In this document: in pieces, positions 40,200 to 53,155 of the stretch
Numbering within the stretch: position 1 is the stretch's first letter
Layout: the number at the start of each line of letters is the position of its first letter
Source: Octopus vulgaris
Taxonomy: Eukaryota
Reading direction: 5' to 3'
Assembly: GCA_951406725.2 (NCBI GenBank)
Contig: OX597826.1
Location: 25,544,001 to 25,608,000, forward strand
Length of the DNA stretch: 64,000 nt
Made by a program: the position numbers and the translations under genes
Notes under the pieces: generated by a model
What the model saw: the letters and a program-made list of their open reading frames with translations, nothing else
The model's database searches: none
Told to the model about the DNA's origin: nothing

Positions 40200-40693
40200 T
40201 CTTCTTTTATTCTTTTACTTGAGTCAAGTGACTGCGGCCATGCTGGAGTACCATCTTGAAGGGTTTTAGTCAAACAATTCGACCCTACGAGTTATTTTTT
40301 AAGCCTTGTGCCTATTCTAACGGTGTTTTTTGTCGAACCGCTGGGGTATGGGGACGTAAACACACCAACAACCGTTCTCAAGCGGTGAGAAGGGACAAAC
40401 AAAGACACACACACACACAAACACACGCGTACACACACACACTCACATACATACATACATACATACATACATACATACATACGTACGTACGTACATACAT
40501 ACATACATACATACATACATACATACATACATACATACATACATACATGATCCCTATTGATCGTTTTTTACTTTCCTTTTTACGATCCTTTTTGATCGAA
40601 AACCTACCCCACTTTTTTTTTCTCCCAGAAAGAAAAGCTCTACTTTGTAATTTGTCCCGTCTGTTCGGCCCTGTGTGACTAATAAAGAAACAC

Positions 40694-40763
<70 letters not shown>

Positions 40764-40935
40764 TATATATATATACATACATACATACATACACGACGAG
40801 CTTCTTTCGGTTTCCGTCTACCAAATCCACTCGCAAGCCCGAGGCTAGAGTAGAAGACAAGGTGCCACGCAGTGGAACTGAACCCGGTATCATGTGGTTT
40901 GGAAGCAAGCTTCTTACCACACAGCCATGCCTGTA
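40200..40935 (-). mobile_element. SINE family A with expanded internal microsatellite/insert
   Basis: 3' half at 40200-40405, head at 40795-40935. Confidence 0.8.
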
Positions 40936-41100
40936 TATGTATAATACACACATGCACACGCACGAAAACGCGCGCATACATGCATGCACGCACATACACA
41001 TATATACACATACTTATATACATAGATACATACACTCATATATGTATACGTACATGCATACATACATACGTACGTGCAAATATGTGCATGTGTGTGTGAT

Positions 41101-41226
<126 letters not shown>

Positions 41227-41643
41227 CGTCCGTCCGTCCGTCCGTCCGTCCGTCCGTCCGTCCGTCTGTCTGTCTATATATGTGTAAAAATATGCATAAC
41301 AAAATTGATTACGATCCGCGCCATTCTCCATTGCCTACTCACCCTATCTGTCCAACAGAACGTTAAAATAAGTGTGTGTGTGTGTGTGTGTGCGTGTGTG
41401 CGCATGTGCGTGTTGATTTGAATCGATAACGAGATGTAACATTCTTGAGACATTTTAATATAATCCTGAAGTAATGGATATATATGTAAAATATGTCAGT
41501 GAAGATACTTGGAAGATGTAGATGTCGACATCTTTGGATTGTTCCCATGGCAACGGCAGACATCATTCAGTACGATTGTTCTCACAGCCTTTCTCTTTCG
41601 TCTGTCTGTCTGTGTCTATCTGTCTGTCCCTCTGTTCTGTCTG

Positions 41644-41702
<59 letters not shown>

Positions 41703-41811
41703 TTCTCTCTCTCTAGCTCTATATCTGCCTACCTGTCTATCACACTTCTCTCTCCCTCTATACCTCTCTCTTTCTCTCTCCACATACACACACACTATAT
41801 ATATATATATA

Positions 41812-41882
<71 letters not shown>

Positions 41883-41959
41883 TTAAAGACATATGTCTAT
41901 GTATATTTATGTCTATCTATTTATGTTTATGCATGATTTTGTATATTTATATGCATATA

Positions 41960-42128
41960 TAGGCGCAGGAGTGGCTGTGTGGTAACTAGCTTGCTTATCA
42001 AGCACATGGCCATAGGTTCAGTCCCACTGTGTGGCACCTTGGGCAAGTGTCTTCTACTATAGCCTCGGGCCGACCAAAGCCTTGTGAGTGGATTTGGTAG
42101 GCGGAAACTGAAAGAAGCCCGTCTTATA

Positions 42129-42195
<67 letters not shown>

Positions 42196-42420
42196 TTGTG
42201 TATATGTCTGTGTGTCCGTGTTTGTCCCCCCAACATCGCTTGACAACCGATGCTGGTGTGTTTACGCCCCCGTAACTTAGCTGTTCGGCACAAGAGACCG
42301 ATTGAATAAGTACTAGGCTTACACAGAATAAGCACTGGGGTTGATTTGCACGACTAAATGCGGTGCTCCAGCATGGCTGCAGTCAAATGACTGAAACAAG
42401 TAAAAGAAAAGAAAAGAAAA
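41960..42420 (+). mobile_element. SINE family A
   Basis: Near-identical to 14673-15097. Confidence 0.9.
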
Positions 42421-42450
42421 GAAAGAAAGAAAGATAAGTATGTATATGTA

Positions 42451-43027
42451 CGAGGGAGTACTCCAAAGAATCCTCCGGAATTTTGCAATATTATTTTATT
42501 CACTTAGTTTTACATGTTTACACTTTTATCGCCTTCATGGTATTATCCCCTTCAAGCAATGCATCGGTCCAGGCACGTTTTCCACTCTTTGAAACAGTCC
42601 TGGAACTCTTGCCGAAATGTGTGTAGACAATTTGTTGACAGACAATTCACCGACAGACGATTCGCTGACAGACAATTCCCACACAGCCTTAGACTCAACA
42701 CGGAGGCCTACATCAAGTGCCTGAAGGAGGTTAGGCTACCCTGGTTCAAGAAAGTGGCTGCTGGAACACCCTCCGTCTGGAAACAGGATTCTTGCACCAT
42801 ACCACACAATTGTCCTGTCTGTAAGTTGTTTGTCGGCCACTTGTCTGTCGGTCAATTGTCTGTCGGTCAATTGTCTGTCCACGAATTATCCGTCTACTCT
42901 TGCGAAGTGATGCTTTTTAACGCCCCCGTCGTTTTTTCTTCACCTCTTCCACGTCTGCAAAACATTTTCCCTTATGGCCTTTTTTCATTCGAGGGGAAAA
43001 GAAGTCGCATGGAACAAGATTGAGTAT
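42451..43027 (-). mobile_element. Mariner 3' fragment interrupted by a MITE
   Basis: ta|cgaggg terminus; minus strand PCDF..FPRMKK...FADVEEVKKK...FQDCFKEWK.CLDRCI. Confidence 0.75.
42623..42897. mobile_element. MITE with inverted 15-bp subterminal repeats carrying a Tc1/maT-like transposase fragment
   Basis: gtagac/gtctac ends; (gacagacaatt....)n versus (....aattgtctgtc)n; centre FPHSLRLNTEAYIKCLKEVRLPWFKKVAAGTPSVWKQDS. Confidence 0.65.
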
Positions 43028-43430
43028 TGTTCGCATCCTTTTGTCTCGGGAGACAATGGAGTTGCGCATAAACTAATCCAGTCTGGTTTTTACATTTCAT
43101 GTCCTCTCCAGTTTTGCGCAGGCCTGGGCTAGATGTAAGAAAATCCTGGGTAGCCCAATCATCAGGATACCTCTCTCGACCTTTCTGGCATAGTCCAAAG
43201 GAGTGCAGAGCATTACGTTTGGCACCAGCTTGGTTGCAGGAGCTGCTGCAAGAGTGTCGAGTCGAACACTAAACCGCCTACGGGGCCCCACTCCAGACTT
43301 TTTTGAATGCTGTCTCCTTTCTGTAACTCTGGATAGAGGCCCAAACCGGGTACTGTGATCCGGAGCCAGCTGAGCCCGGGACTAATGTCAGGCAGGGTTG
43401 TCACTCCCTGAAGTACTGAAGAAAATCGCT
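43028..43430 (+). mobile_element. Probable RTE-clade LINE 5' region
   Basis: GC-richer block with gtctcgggagacaatgg and cgtttggcaccagcttggttgcaggag, recalled from RTE 5' UTRs; not verified by search. Confidence 0.35.
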
Positions 43431-43734
43431 ACCCACTACCTAAAAATTAGGTGGTTTAAAAATAAACTATACTGGTATATTCACTTCTTATAAAAAAATT
43501 GTCTAGATTATAACTTCACTAATATACAATTAGCATGTTCCTCCACTCCTCCACTCTCCCATTAGTACCAGTATACACCAATCAATCAATACTCACAGAC
43601 ACCACCCGATGAGTTAGCACTTAAGTGTACAACATTACAAATACTAAACCACTTCTGGACAATTTCCCTCCCTCCCTCCCTCCATTGTGGCAATACCTAT
43701 TTCTTTAGGTATTGCCTAAAGAAATAGGTATTCA

Positions 43735-44012
43735 AATTCGACCTCGGCGGAATTTGAACTCAGAACGTAACGGCAGACGAAATACCTATTTCTTTACTAC
43801 CCACAAGGGGCTAAACTCAGAGAGGACAAACAAGGACAGACAAACGGATTAAGTTGATTACATCGACCCCAGTGCGTAACTGGTACTTATTTAATCGAGC
43901 CGAAAGGATGAAAGGCAAAGTCGACCACGGCGGAATTTGAACTCAGAACGTAGCGGCAGACCGCTAAGCATTTTCTCCCGGTGTGCTATCGTTTCTGCCA
44001 GCTCGCTGCCTT
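43735..44012 (-). mobile_element. Nested SINE family B pair
   Basis: Junction gcagacgaaatacc|tatttctttac at ~43785. Confidence 0.85.
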
Positions 44013-44964
44013 TTAAGGAATAAATATCGTTACAGGTTTTGAATTTTATTCTAAATATGTTTGTTCTTAAAGATAGTTTTGGCTGATTACATACGAATCG
44101 GTCCCACATGGATTTACTGTGATGTAATAATGGCTTGAAGGTTTACGATCTGTTCTTAACTGAGTCGAGAAGATGCTTAACAGCATTTCTTCCGGCTTTA
44201 CCCCTCAATTCAAATTCCGCTGAGGTTAACTTTACGTTTCGTCATTTCGATATCGATAAAATAGGTACCTGTCAAGTTCTGGAATCGATGTAATCGACTA
44301 GCTCCCCGCCCCCGCAAAATTTCAGGTCTTGTGGCAAGAAAAAAAGTTGAACTCTTAATTATCGTCGATTCAGTTTTTTTATGCGTGTTCATTAATTCTC
44401 TATATGGATATCATTCAACATTAATTAATGAGATTAAAGCTCCTGGCCTATTTGGTAGATTAAAAGATTTTTAAAGCCGACATTTTTCTGAGAGGAAATA
44501 TCGGACCGTATTATTCCGAAGAAAGACCATCCATTACCAGCACACATTAAACCATTAGTTATAGCGAAGCCAAAGAAAATAATTAATGGACGTCTTTTAG
44601 ATGTTTCTATCAATAGAGGTAAAAGGTTCTCCTCTTTAATGGTTTTGCGAAAATAGGTGTCAATGAAAGAATTTGTTTATGTTCTTTTCCAATCCGGATT
44701 TCTGAATCGATATTACATGTTGTCTCTGACTTGAAGTATTTTCTTAAACTGGATTCAAAAGGGGTGTGATGGTAGTGGGATAGGTATATCATCAACAAGA
44801 AAAATGTTTTCTGAAGCAAGAGAGGTTATTACGATAAATACATCAACAAGTCCTTTTAAAACAGACACGTCTTCCTTGCGGGATTCAGTCATCTTGCTCT
44901 GTTTCTAAGAGCAATTGAACATGCCGGAAACGATATATATAGTGGTCCTGAAACTGTTGAATGT

Positions 44965-45009
<45 letters not shown>

Positions 45010-45059
45010 GACACACACACACACACATACAAACACACACTCACACATAATCATAGAAA

Positions 45060-45700
45060 AGCTGGAATTATCACTCACGGTGATCAATCGAGCTAAATGT
45101 CTAGTAGAGAGTGACAAAGTGTCGTTTTAGAGATTATAGCTTTACAAAGGAAAAGATGATCGTTTGTCAATGAGAATTATGCATATAAAACTGCCAACGG
45201 GAATGGGAAGCAATTAGAATCTTTCTTGGAACATGTTAATTTCTATGGAAAATTTATTGATCATTATTCGGGTCGCATATCATCGCTTGCATCATTTCGT
45301 AAACGTGGTGGCGCATTTGTGTAGGAAGTCCTACGACAAAATGCATTTGTGCATATAAAAATTGATGTTATTATCAAAGCCAAGTGTTCAGATTTATGAT
45401 GCCATGAAAGAAGTTAGCTTAACTGATGCAAATAAAAATGCTATATCAGGAATGTTTTCACAAGGTGACCATCCTGTATTATATTTTTCAAGAACATGGA
45501 TTACCGCAGAGGCAATATGCTCAAAATACTGTGAAGGAATCCTTGGCAATTCTGTGGTGTACTCCAAGAGCATGGCATTTTTCGCTTGGTCGAAAATTGA
45601 AGTTGGTCGAGGATGAGAGATAACAAGAATTTATTTTTTGTAATAATTGTAGTATACTAAAAGTAATATCTGTACGTATATGTGATTAATCTTAAAGGTT
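45060..45700 (+). pseudogene. Ty3/gypsy pol remnant (RT thumb/RNase H)
   Basis: KQLESFLxHVNFYGKFI; LTDA..AISGMFSQGDHPVLYFSRT..TAE. Confidence 0.75.
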
Positions 45701-45738
45701 ACAATCTGCTAGAAGCTTTAGAGCGGTAGAAGCTTTCA

Positions 45739-45880
45739 AGGCGGCGAGCTGGCAGAATCGTTAGCACGCCAGGTGAAAGGCTAAGCGCTATTTCGTCTGT
45801 CTTTACGTTCTGAGTTCAAATTCCGCCGAGGTCCCCTCTAAGCAGTGACCTGAATAATAACAATAATAATAATAATAATA

Positions 45881-45928
<48 letters not shown>

Positions 45929-47500
45929 TCGAAAAATACCTTAGGAATGAGAACCCAGGTTCGAAATTTCCCCAAGACACCAGATGAAGGCTGTAGGGTA
46001 TATCAGCCGAAATGTTGTGTTAACAACAAACAAGATGAGGACAAATATCCGTCAAATGTAAATAATGTAAATGTAAAGTCTCGACAAATATTTAAACCAC
46101 ATGATTTTTGAGTTTAAAATCACCAGACAATCCTTCTACCGAGAAGACATTTTAGTTCATCTGCTATATTCTATGGGAAGAACTGCGAGCCCAGATTCGG
46201 CCCAGAATGGTTTTAATTTACTCGCCGAGTCGGCCTGATTCCAAATTGGTATATGTTGAGCTACGGCCTCTAGCAGTAAAGTTGAAAAAGTGTGACACAC
46301 TGACACACTGACATTCGCATTTATTATATTAGAGTGGTATACTCACCGAAGGCGACGTGTTGGCAGAATCATTAACACGTTGAACAAAATGCCTACAGGC
46401 ATTTTGTCCCTCTTTACTTCTGAGTTCAAATTCTGCCAAGGTCGACTTTACCCTTTATCCTTTCGGGATCAATAAAATAAATATCAGCACTGGATTGGAA
46501 GTAATAGACTCACTCCTTCCCATAGAATTTCTGAAACCAATATTATTGTACTCATTTTACATGCTTACGAGTGACCCGGACCCTCTAAGTTGGTATTATT
46601 TCTAAGTTGGTGGCGAGCTGGCAGAATCGTTAGCACGCTGGTCGAAATGCTTAGCAGTATTTCGCCCGTCACTACGTTCTGAGTTCAAATTCTACCGATG
46701 TCGACTTTACTTTCCATCGTCTCGGGGTCGATAAATTAAGTACCAGTTGCGTAATGAGGTGGATGTAATCGACTATCCTCCTCCCCAAAATTTCAGGCCT
46801 TGTGCTTATTATAGAAACGATTATCTCATGAAAGGCGGCGAGCTGGCAGAATCGTTAGCTCGCTGGACGAAATGCTTAGCTGTATTTTGCCCGTCGCTAC
46901 GTTCTGAGTTCAGATTTGACCGAGGTCGACTTTGCCTTTCATCCTTTCGGAATTGATTAAATAAGTACCAGTTTGCACTGGGGTTGATGTAATCGACTTA
47001 ATCCCCTCTCCCAAATTTGTGGCCTTGTACTTCCAGTAGAAAGAATTATTTCATGAACCAGTTTAGCTATTCAGCTAAATTATCTGAGAGAGAAAAGATC
47101 GCGTGCAACTGCTATATGCATTTGGAATAAAATTATACAATACGGTAGTTAGAGAAGAATAAGAATAAGATAGAAGCGTTAGATTTATACATAAAAGAGA
47201 ACTAAATTTTTCTAGAAAAAAAAATAATAGATATTATTACTTTAGATGTCTCATTTGTAAGTTATCGTTATAATATTTTAAGCTGGATTAAGGCGGCGAG
47301 TTGGCAGGATCGTTAGCATGCCGGGAAAAATGCTTAGCTGCATTTCGTCCGATGTTGCGTTTTGAGTTCAAATTCTGCCGGGGTCGATTTTGTCTTTCAT
47401 CCTTTCGAGATCGGTAAAAAAGGAAGACCTATTGAGCACTGGGGTTGATCTAACCGATTTATTTCCACCCCATAAATTGCTGGCCTTGTGCAAATATTTG
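45739..47500 (+). mobile_element. Cluster of five co-oriented SINE family B copies (starts ~45739, 46349, 46610, 46833, 47291)
   Basis: Repeated ggcggcgagctggcagaatcgttagc...gagttcaaatt...gtcgacttt. Confidence 0.85.
45976..46021 (+). ncRNA. Mutated minimal type I hammerhead in a PLE terminal-repeat fragment after (AAT)n
   Basis: gacac-cagatga-a-ggctg..cagcc-GAAA-tgTT-gtgtt; U4>A substitution probably inactivates it. Confidence 0.55.
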
Positions 47501-49240
47501 AGATAATTTTTTTTAACTGAATTAAAAATACGAGACAGGAAAACAAATTATTGTTAGTTTTAGAATTCACTTTTCGAAATCTTTCACAGAAGAATATATT
47601 TATCATGAAATATAAGATATTCACAGAAAACGCAAAAGAAATATCTTGGAAATATCTAAAAGTAAAAGAAAAAAAATAAAACAAAACAAAAAACAGAAAC
47701 AATATACATAGCTACAAAACAAGAACAAAAGCAATTGTCTTCGAGGAAACCTATATAAAACAAAAACTGAAGAGGCTGACATTTGCTGAAGAAAAGAGAA
47801 ACAACAACTGGAATAGTGACAAAGATAAAAACTAAGAGACGTATAAGTCTACGGAAAGCCATATTAAAATGATGATAATAGAAATCCCTCCATGTCTAAT
47901 ACCTGAAGAAGAATAAAAGAAAGACTGGAAATAGACAAAAAAGAAAGACTGGAAGAAAGAAAACTAAGTCGTAGTACTGGGTAAGAAGCGCATAACTCGA
48001 AGCAGAGACTGGAAGATTTTTTGACTGAGTTACCGTATCTAATTCTTTTTTTTTTTTACTTTTGCGGAAACAACCAAAAGCACATGATGAAGTGGAATAT
48101 TATAAATGTAGAATGAAGAGAGGTTGAGAAGATACAATTAATCACTTTGACTCGGTCTACACAATCTTACGTTGCAGCGAAAATTTCTGAAGACGTAACA
48201 GAAATGTGGTGGAAGCATGTTGGAAATAATGCGTGAGTTATAAAATATCAACAGAAAGAATATCGTTACAGATATACACTGAACAATGACAAAAGCAACT
48301 GTATTTTGCGGTATGCCAGTCCACATTGATAAAGATATCAATGCTTAACTGCCAGATATTGTTAGTAAGGACCATTGGGTAAAAAGTGCCTTCAAATTGA
48401 AATAAAGAAATTATCCAAATATAAAAATCGTGAAATAGAGATAACCAGAAAATGGGGACAGAAAACCGAAATAATCCCTGTGATAATAATGTTTTTTTAT
48501 TTTATTATTGTTTTATTTTTATTTTGGAATAAATAAGAATAACAAAAATGATGATGAAAAATGTGTAATAAAACATCAAGGATTTGCAGATATGCACAAT
48601 GCAAAAACAAAACAAAACAAATAGCCTTACAGGTTATAGTACAGCGTACATAATATATGGTGTAATGTTATTGTTGCAATATAAAATATATAATCAAACA
48701 AAACTTAGCACAAACTCAAAGAGCTCAGACACGTGATCAGATTTTCAGTGAAAGTACAGTGAAAATAAATCTGCCGAAAAAGAAAAAAAGAAATAAAATG
48801 ATATAAATAGAAAATCGATTATTTCTACAGAAAGACATTCTGTTCGTTGTGTTCTTTGAGTACACATTGTTCCAGTCTTTACTCAGGTGCAAAATGAGTA
48901 CAAACCGAAAGGTGTATAAAGCTCTTTCTCACTTCGGACGTCATATCCTAGACGTGCCGCTGGGTCAAAGTATGAGAGGGCCGAGAGGATATCAATGTCT
49001 GCACACGACTACACGTGCACCTAAAACAAAGTCGAAAAATCATGGTACATGTAACAGAGGTAGGTAGATAGATAGATAGATTGGTAGAAAGAAAGAGAGA
49101 GAGAGAAAGAAAGAGGGAGGGAAGGAGAGAGGGAGAAAGAGAGAGAGGGGAGAGAAGAGAGAGAGAAGAGAGAAAGGGAAATGTCTGAAGAAAAAAGAGA
49201 AAATAGAGAGACAAACGAAAGCTAAAGACAGGCAGATAGG

Positions 49241-49285
<45 letters not shown>

Positions 49286-49479
49286 AACGGAGAGAAATGA
49301 CGATACAGACATAGAAATAGCTATATACCAAGCTAGATAGATGGACAGAAGAAAAAGAATTAGAAAGAGAGATACAGAATTGAGAGAGAGGGAGAGAGAG
49401 AGAGTAGAGAGAGTAGAGAAATGGAAATAGAAGAGAAAGAAAGATAAAGAGAGAGAGAGAGGAGAAGAGAGACAAAAGG

Positions 49480-49705
49480 AAAGAAACCTAAAGACAAGGC
49501 ATGTACTTAGCCAGGAATTTCAAAAGTAGTCAATGACACTAATACCATCACGTAGACAGTTTTATCGAATGACGTATTATAGAGAATTCAGAGCGCATAC
49601 AACGTGCTCAGAACTATAGAATGATAGAATAACAAGATAATGGAATGTAACTGAATTGCAGAATAGCTAAATAACAGAATAGCACAATTACTGAAATATC
49701 AGGAA
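49480..49705 (+). repeat. Unclassified dispersed repeat (second copy ~59448-59672)
   Basis: aggaatttca.aagtagtcaa...catcacgtagacag.tttatcgaatgacgtatta shared. Confidence 0.7.
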
Positions 49706-49762
<57 letters not shown>

Positions 49763-49765
<3 letters not shown>

Positions 49766-49903
49766 TAAGTAGCTTGCTTACGAGCCACATGGTTTCGGGT
49801 TCAGTCCCACTGCGTGGTACCTTGGGCAAGTGTCTTCTACTATAGCCTCGGGCCGACCAAAGCTTTGTGAGTGGTAGACGGAAACTGAAAGAAGTCCCTC
49901 GTA

Positions 49904-49961
<58 letters not shown>

Positions 49962-50418
49962 CAATATAGGGTGGCGAAAAAAAATTTTGTAGAATTCTTT
50001 TGCCACCAGCGGCCTAGTGGGAAAAAATTTAAATAGTCATAGACCATTTTTAAGTTCAACATCAACAATCAAGGAACGGCCATAATAGGCCATTCACCCA
50101 CTAGAAATAACAGCCAAAGCTTCAATTGATTTTTATTTGCGGTTGAAGCTTTGGCTGTTATTTCTAGTGGGTGAATGGCCTATTATGGCCGTTCCTTGAT
50201 TGTTGATATATATATATATATATGTGTTTGTGTGTCTGTGTTTGTCCCCCAACATCGCTTGACAGCCGATGCTGGTGTGTTTACGTCCCCGTAACTTAGC
50301 GGTTCGGCAAAAGAGACCGACAGAATAAGTACTAGGCTTACAAAGAATAAGTCCTGGGGTCGATTTGCTTAACTAAAGGCAGTGCTCCAGCATGGCCAAA
50401 TACCTGAAACATGTAAGA

Positions 50419-50420
<2 letters not shown>
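49763..50420 (+). mobile_element. SINE family A with a hairpin insert in its internal (TA)n
   Basis: Head at 49763-49905, 3' half at 50225-50420. Confidence 0.85.
50061..50207. repeat. Perfect hairpin, 65-bp arms
   Basis: 50061-50125 is the reverse complement of 50143-50207. Confidence 0.9.
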
Positions 50421-50467
<47 letters not shown>

Positions 50468-50470
<3 letters not shown>

Positions 50471-50858
50471 GCAGTATCACCCGGTGTTGCTTGGGTTTGT
50501 GTCGACCCTTTAGATTTGGAATTTTTGAAAAGTAAAAGTTTTGTATTATGCAACTTGTTATTCTCTTCAAGTGAACATTTTCCCAGTTGAAATACACCGA
50601 AAAATGGTGACACAGCAGTCAAAAATCGTAAAAAATAGGGATTTTCATAGAAAAAAAAAGCACCTTTTTGATGTAAATATCTTTTGGTGTTAACATGGTC
50701 CGATTTGAATTTTATCTCCTACAGAATGAAAAGCAAGCCTTCTTCTATCATACTCTCAATTTTGGTCAACTTACGCTGCAGGGTCTCGAAGGAGATAGTG
50801 TTAGTTGAAGGCTACCAAACCTGCCACACACAGACAACTTCAGCCTTATATATATAGA
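50468..50858 (-). mobile_element. Non-autonomous Helitron
   Basis: Minus strand starts TCtatatatataa and ends cccaagcaacaccgggtgatactgCTAG. Confidence 0.85.
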
Positions 50859-51822
50859 TTTGCTACACACTACATTCCATCCTTAATAATGAAACTTGGT
50901 AGATCCAAAAGTTAAACACACAGACACACACACAGATACACACACAGATACACACACAGATACACAAGTTGAGTTTTATATATATAGATTTCTCAACGGG
51001 GATTTCAGGGAGAGTTTCAGGGGAGAGTGATGATCAAAAATCCGGCCTGCTAAAATTTGGTTAAAGTGATTCAAACTGCAGACTCAACGCAAAATAGTCA
51101 CATTTAATTCAAAGCGTTAAAAATGTTATTAAAACAATTGGTATGTGTTCACAAAGTCCAAACGATTAATACGAAAAAACCCTCCTGGCTACATCCCGAA
51201 AATTCATTTCTTTGCCGAATTTCTACAATGTTTACGGCGATTCGTTTTTATATCTTGACTTTTTATTTTTCATGCAATTTACGCATGCTTGCACGCGTGG
51301 TGAACACAGTTCACGTCAAACAGCTGACTGAGTAAAGTTCACTATTCAATGCATGGCATAAGGCCTAAACAAACACATTATCGATTTTTGCACTTGCGTG
51401 ATGAATTTCGGAACAGAAATAGCGCAGTTCAATTTTCATTCGCCTAAACTTTAAGTGACCCATTTTTGGTGGTTATACGATTTGTTGGCTAGGAGGAGAT
51501 GTGGCGGGAAGTTAAACACACAGACACACACACAGATACACACACAGACACACAAGTTGAGTTTTTGTCCCGAGGGAGATCAAAGAGGAAAAGGATCCCA
51601 TCAACTTTAAACGGAGTCTGGATAGATTCCTTCAAAGAATACCAGATAAGCCACCCATAATTGGATACAACTCACCCAACAAGAACTCACTACTTGAATG
51701 GACCATAAACAAAACTTGACTTAAACAGGATTCGAATAATCCTATCAGGTGGTGCTATTAAGTTAGACATGGCCTGGACCAATCTTTGGTCGAAACATAT
51801 CTAAGTTTTATCTAAGTTCTAA

Positions 51823-51835
<13 letters not shown>
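50859..51835 (-). mobile_element. Stacked extra Helitron 5' segments
   Basis: aagttaaacacacagacac...caagttgagtttt(atatat) at ~50909-50988 and ~51509-51566. Confidence 0.55.
51567..51827 (+). mobile_element. CR1/L2-group LINE 3' end
   Basis: FKRSLDRFLQRIPDKP...NSLLEW* then short 3' UTR and (tctaagtt)n tail. Confidence 0.75.
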
Positions 51836-51867
<32 letters not shown>

Positions 51868-51934
51868 GTATGTATATATGCATGTATGCATGTATGTATG
51901 TATGTATGTATCTCTCTCTCTCTCTATCTATCTA

Positions 51935-52025
<91 letters not shown>

Positions 52026-52031
<6 letters not shown>

Positions 52032-52153
52032 TATATAGAAGGAGCTTCTACAGGACTAGTACTGTTTCATTCAAGAGAAATCTTCAGGAAGCTGAAGATT
52101 TCTCTTGAATGAAACAGTACTAGTCCTGTAGAAGCTCCTTCTATATAATAAAT
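52026..52153. repeat. Perfect hairpin (62-bp arms, 4-nt loop) of a hammerhead-bearing PLE repeat
   Basis: Right arm begins CTGAAGA-tttctcttgaat-GAAA-caGTA-ctag. Confidence 0.85.
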
Positions 52154-52219
52154 TAATTTTACTCTGCTATGTATTGAGTACCTTACTTACTGTGGTTAAC
52201 CCCGAATCAACCCGGGACC

Positions 52220-52433
<214 letters not shown>

Positions 52434-53050
52434 ATGAGCGAACGACGACGACACGGTGGTAAAGAATGTGAAGTCTCCTTCGGCTGTCCGTCGTCGGTTG
52501 ATGTTGACTGTACTTGTTCAGTAACCATTCCTGGCAGGCTCGCATGTTGGCTGCAAGGCCTATTCTTTATCTGCAGCAAGTGAAGCTACTTGACGCAATA
52601 AAAAAGCGACTATTCTCACGCGCTCTATTGTATTCTTTCTGGTGTGCTAGCATATAAAATGATTTGCTAAAGTACTTGCGTACTTGCTTCAGGGCTTTCT
52701 AACCCTCTCGCAGTTTTTACGTCATGAAGGACACGTTTGTTTTTCTTTTCTTCTTTTTTTTTATTTCCGTGGTGATGAGCAATGGTGTGCGTGTTGCGTC
52801 CATCAATGTGACAACCTGTTTCATGTCTTCTGAGCTGGCAGAGACGGACAAAATGCTTAGCGGTTTTCTTTCAACTCTTTACGTTCTGAATTTAAATGCC
52901 GCTGAAGTGAACATTTTGCCTTTCGTCTTTTTTGGGGTGTCGTTAAAATAAGTACCAGTCATTTACTAGGATCGATGTAAGCGCCTTACCTTCTCCCACT
53001 AACATTGTTGGTCGTGTCAGAATTTGAAAGAAATCTATTTTACGTCTTCC

Positions 53051-53155
53051 TCGGTCATTTACTTATACGTCATGGAAACCGGGTACCATGCTTTTTATCC
53101 TCCAGGACTCATAAACTCGGTACCCGGTTTCCATGACGTGTAAGTAAATGACCGA
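53051..53155. repeat. Short inverted repeat element, 37-bp arms
   Basis: tcggtcatttacttatacgtcatggaaaccgggtacc / ggtacccggtttccatgacgtgtaagtaaatgaccga. Confidence 0.8.

Noticed and set aside
47500-48560. A-rich, possibly decayed LINE ORF1
   Set aside because: No motif could be read reliably
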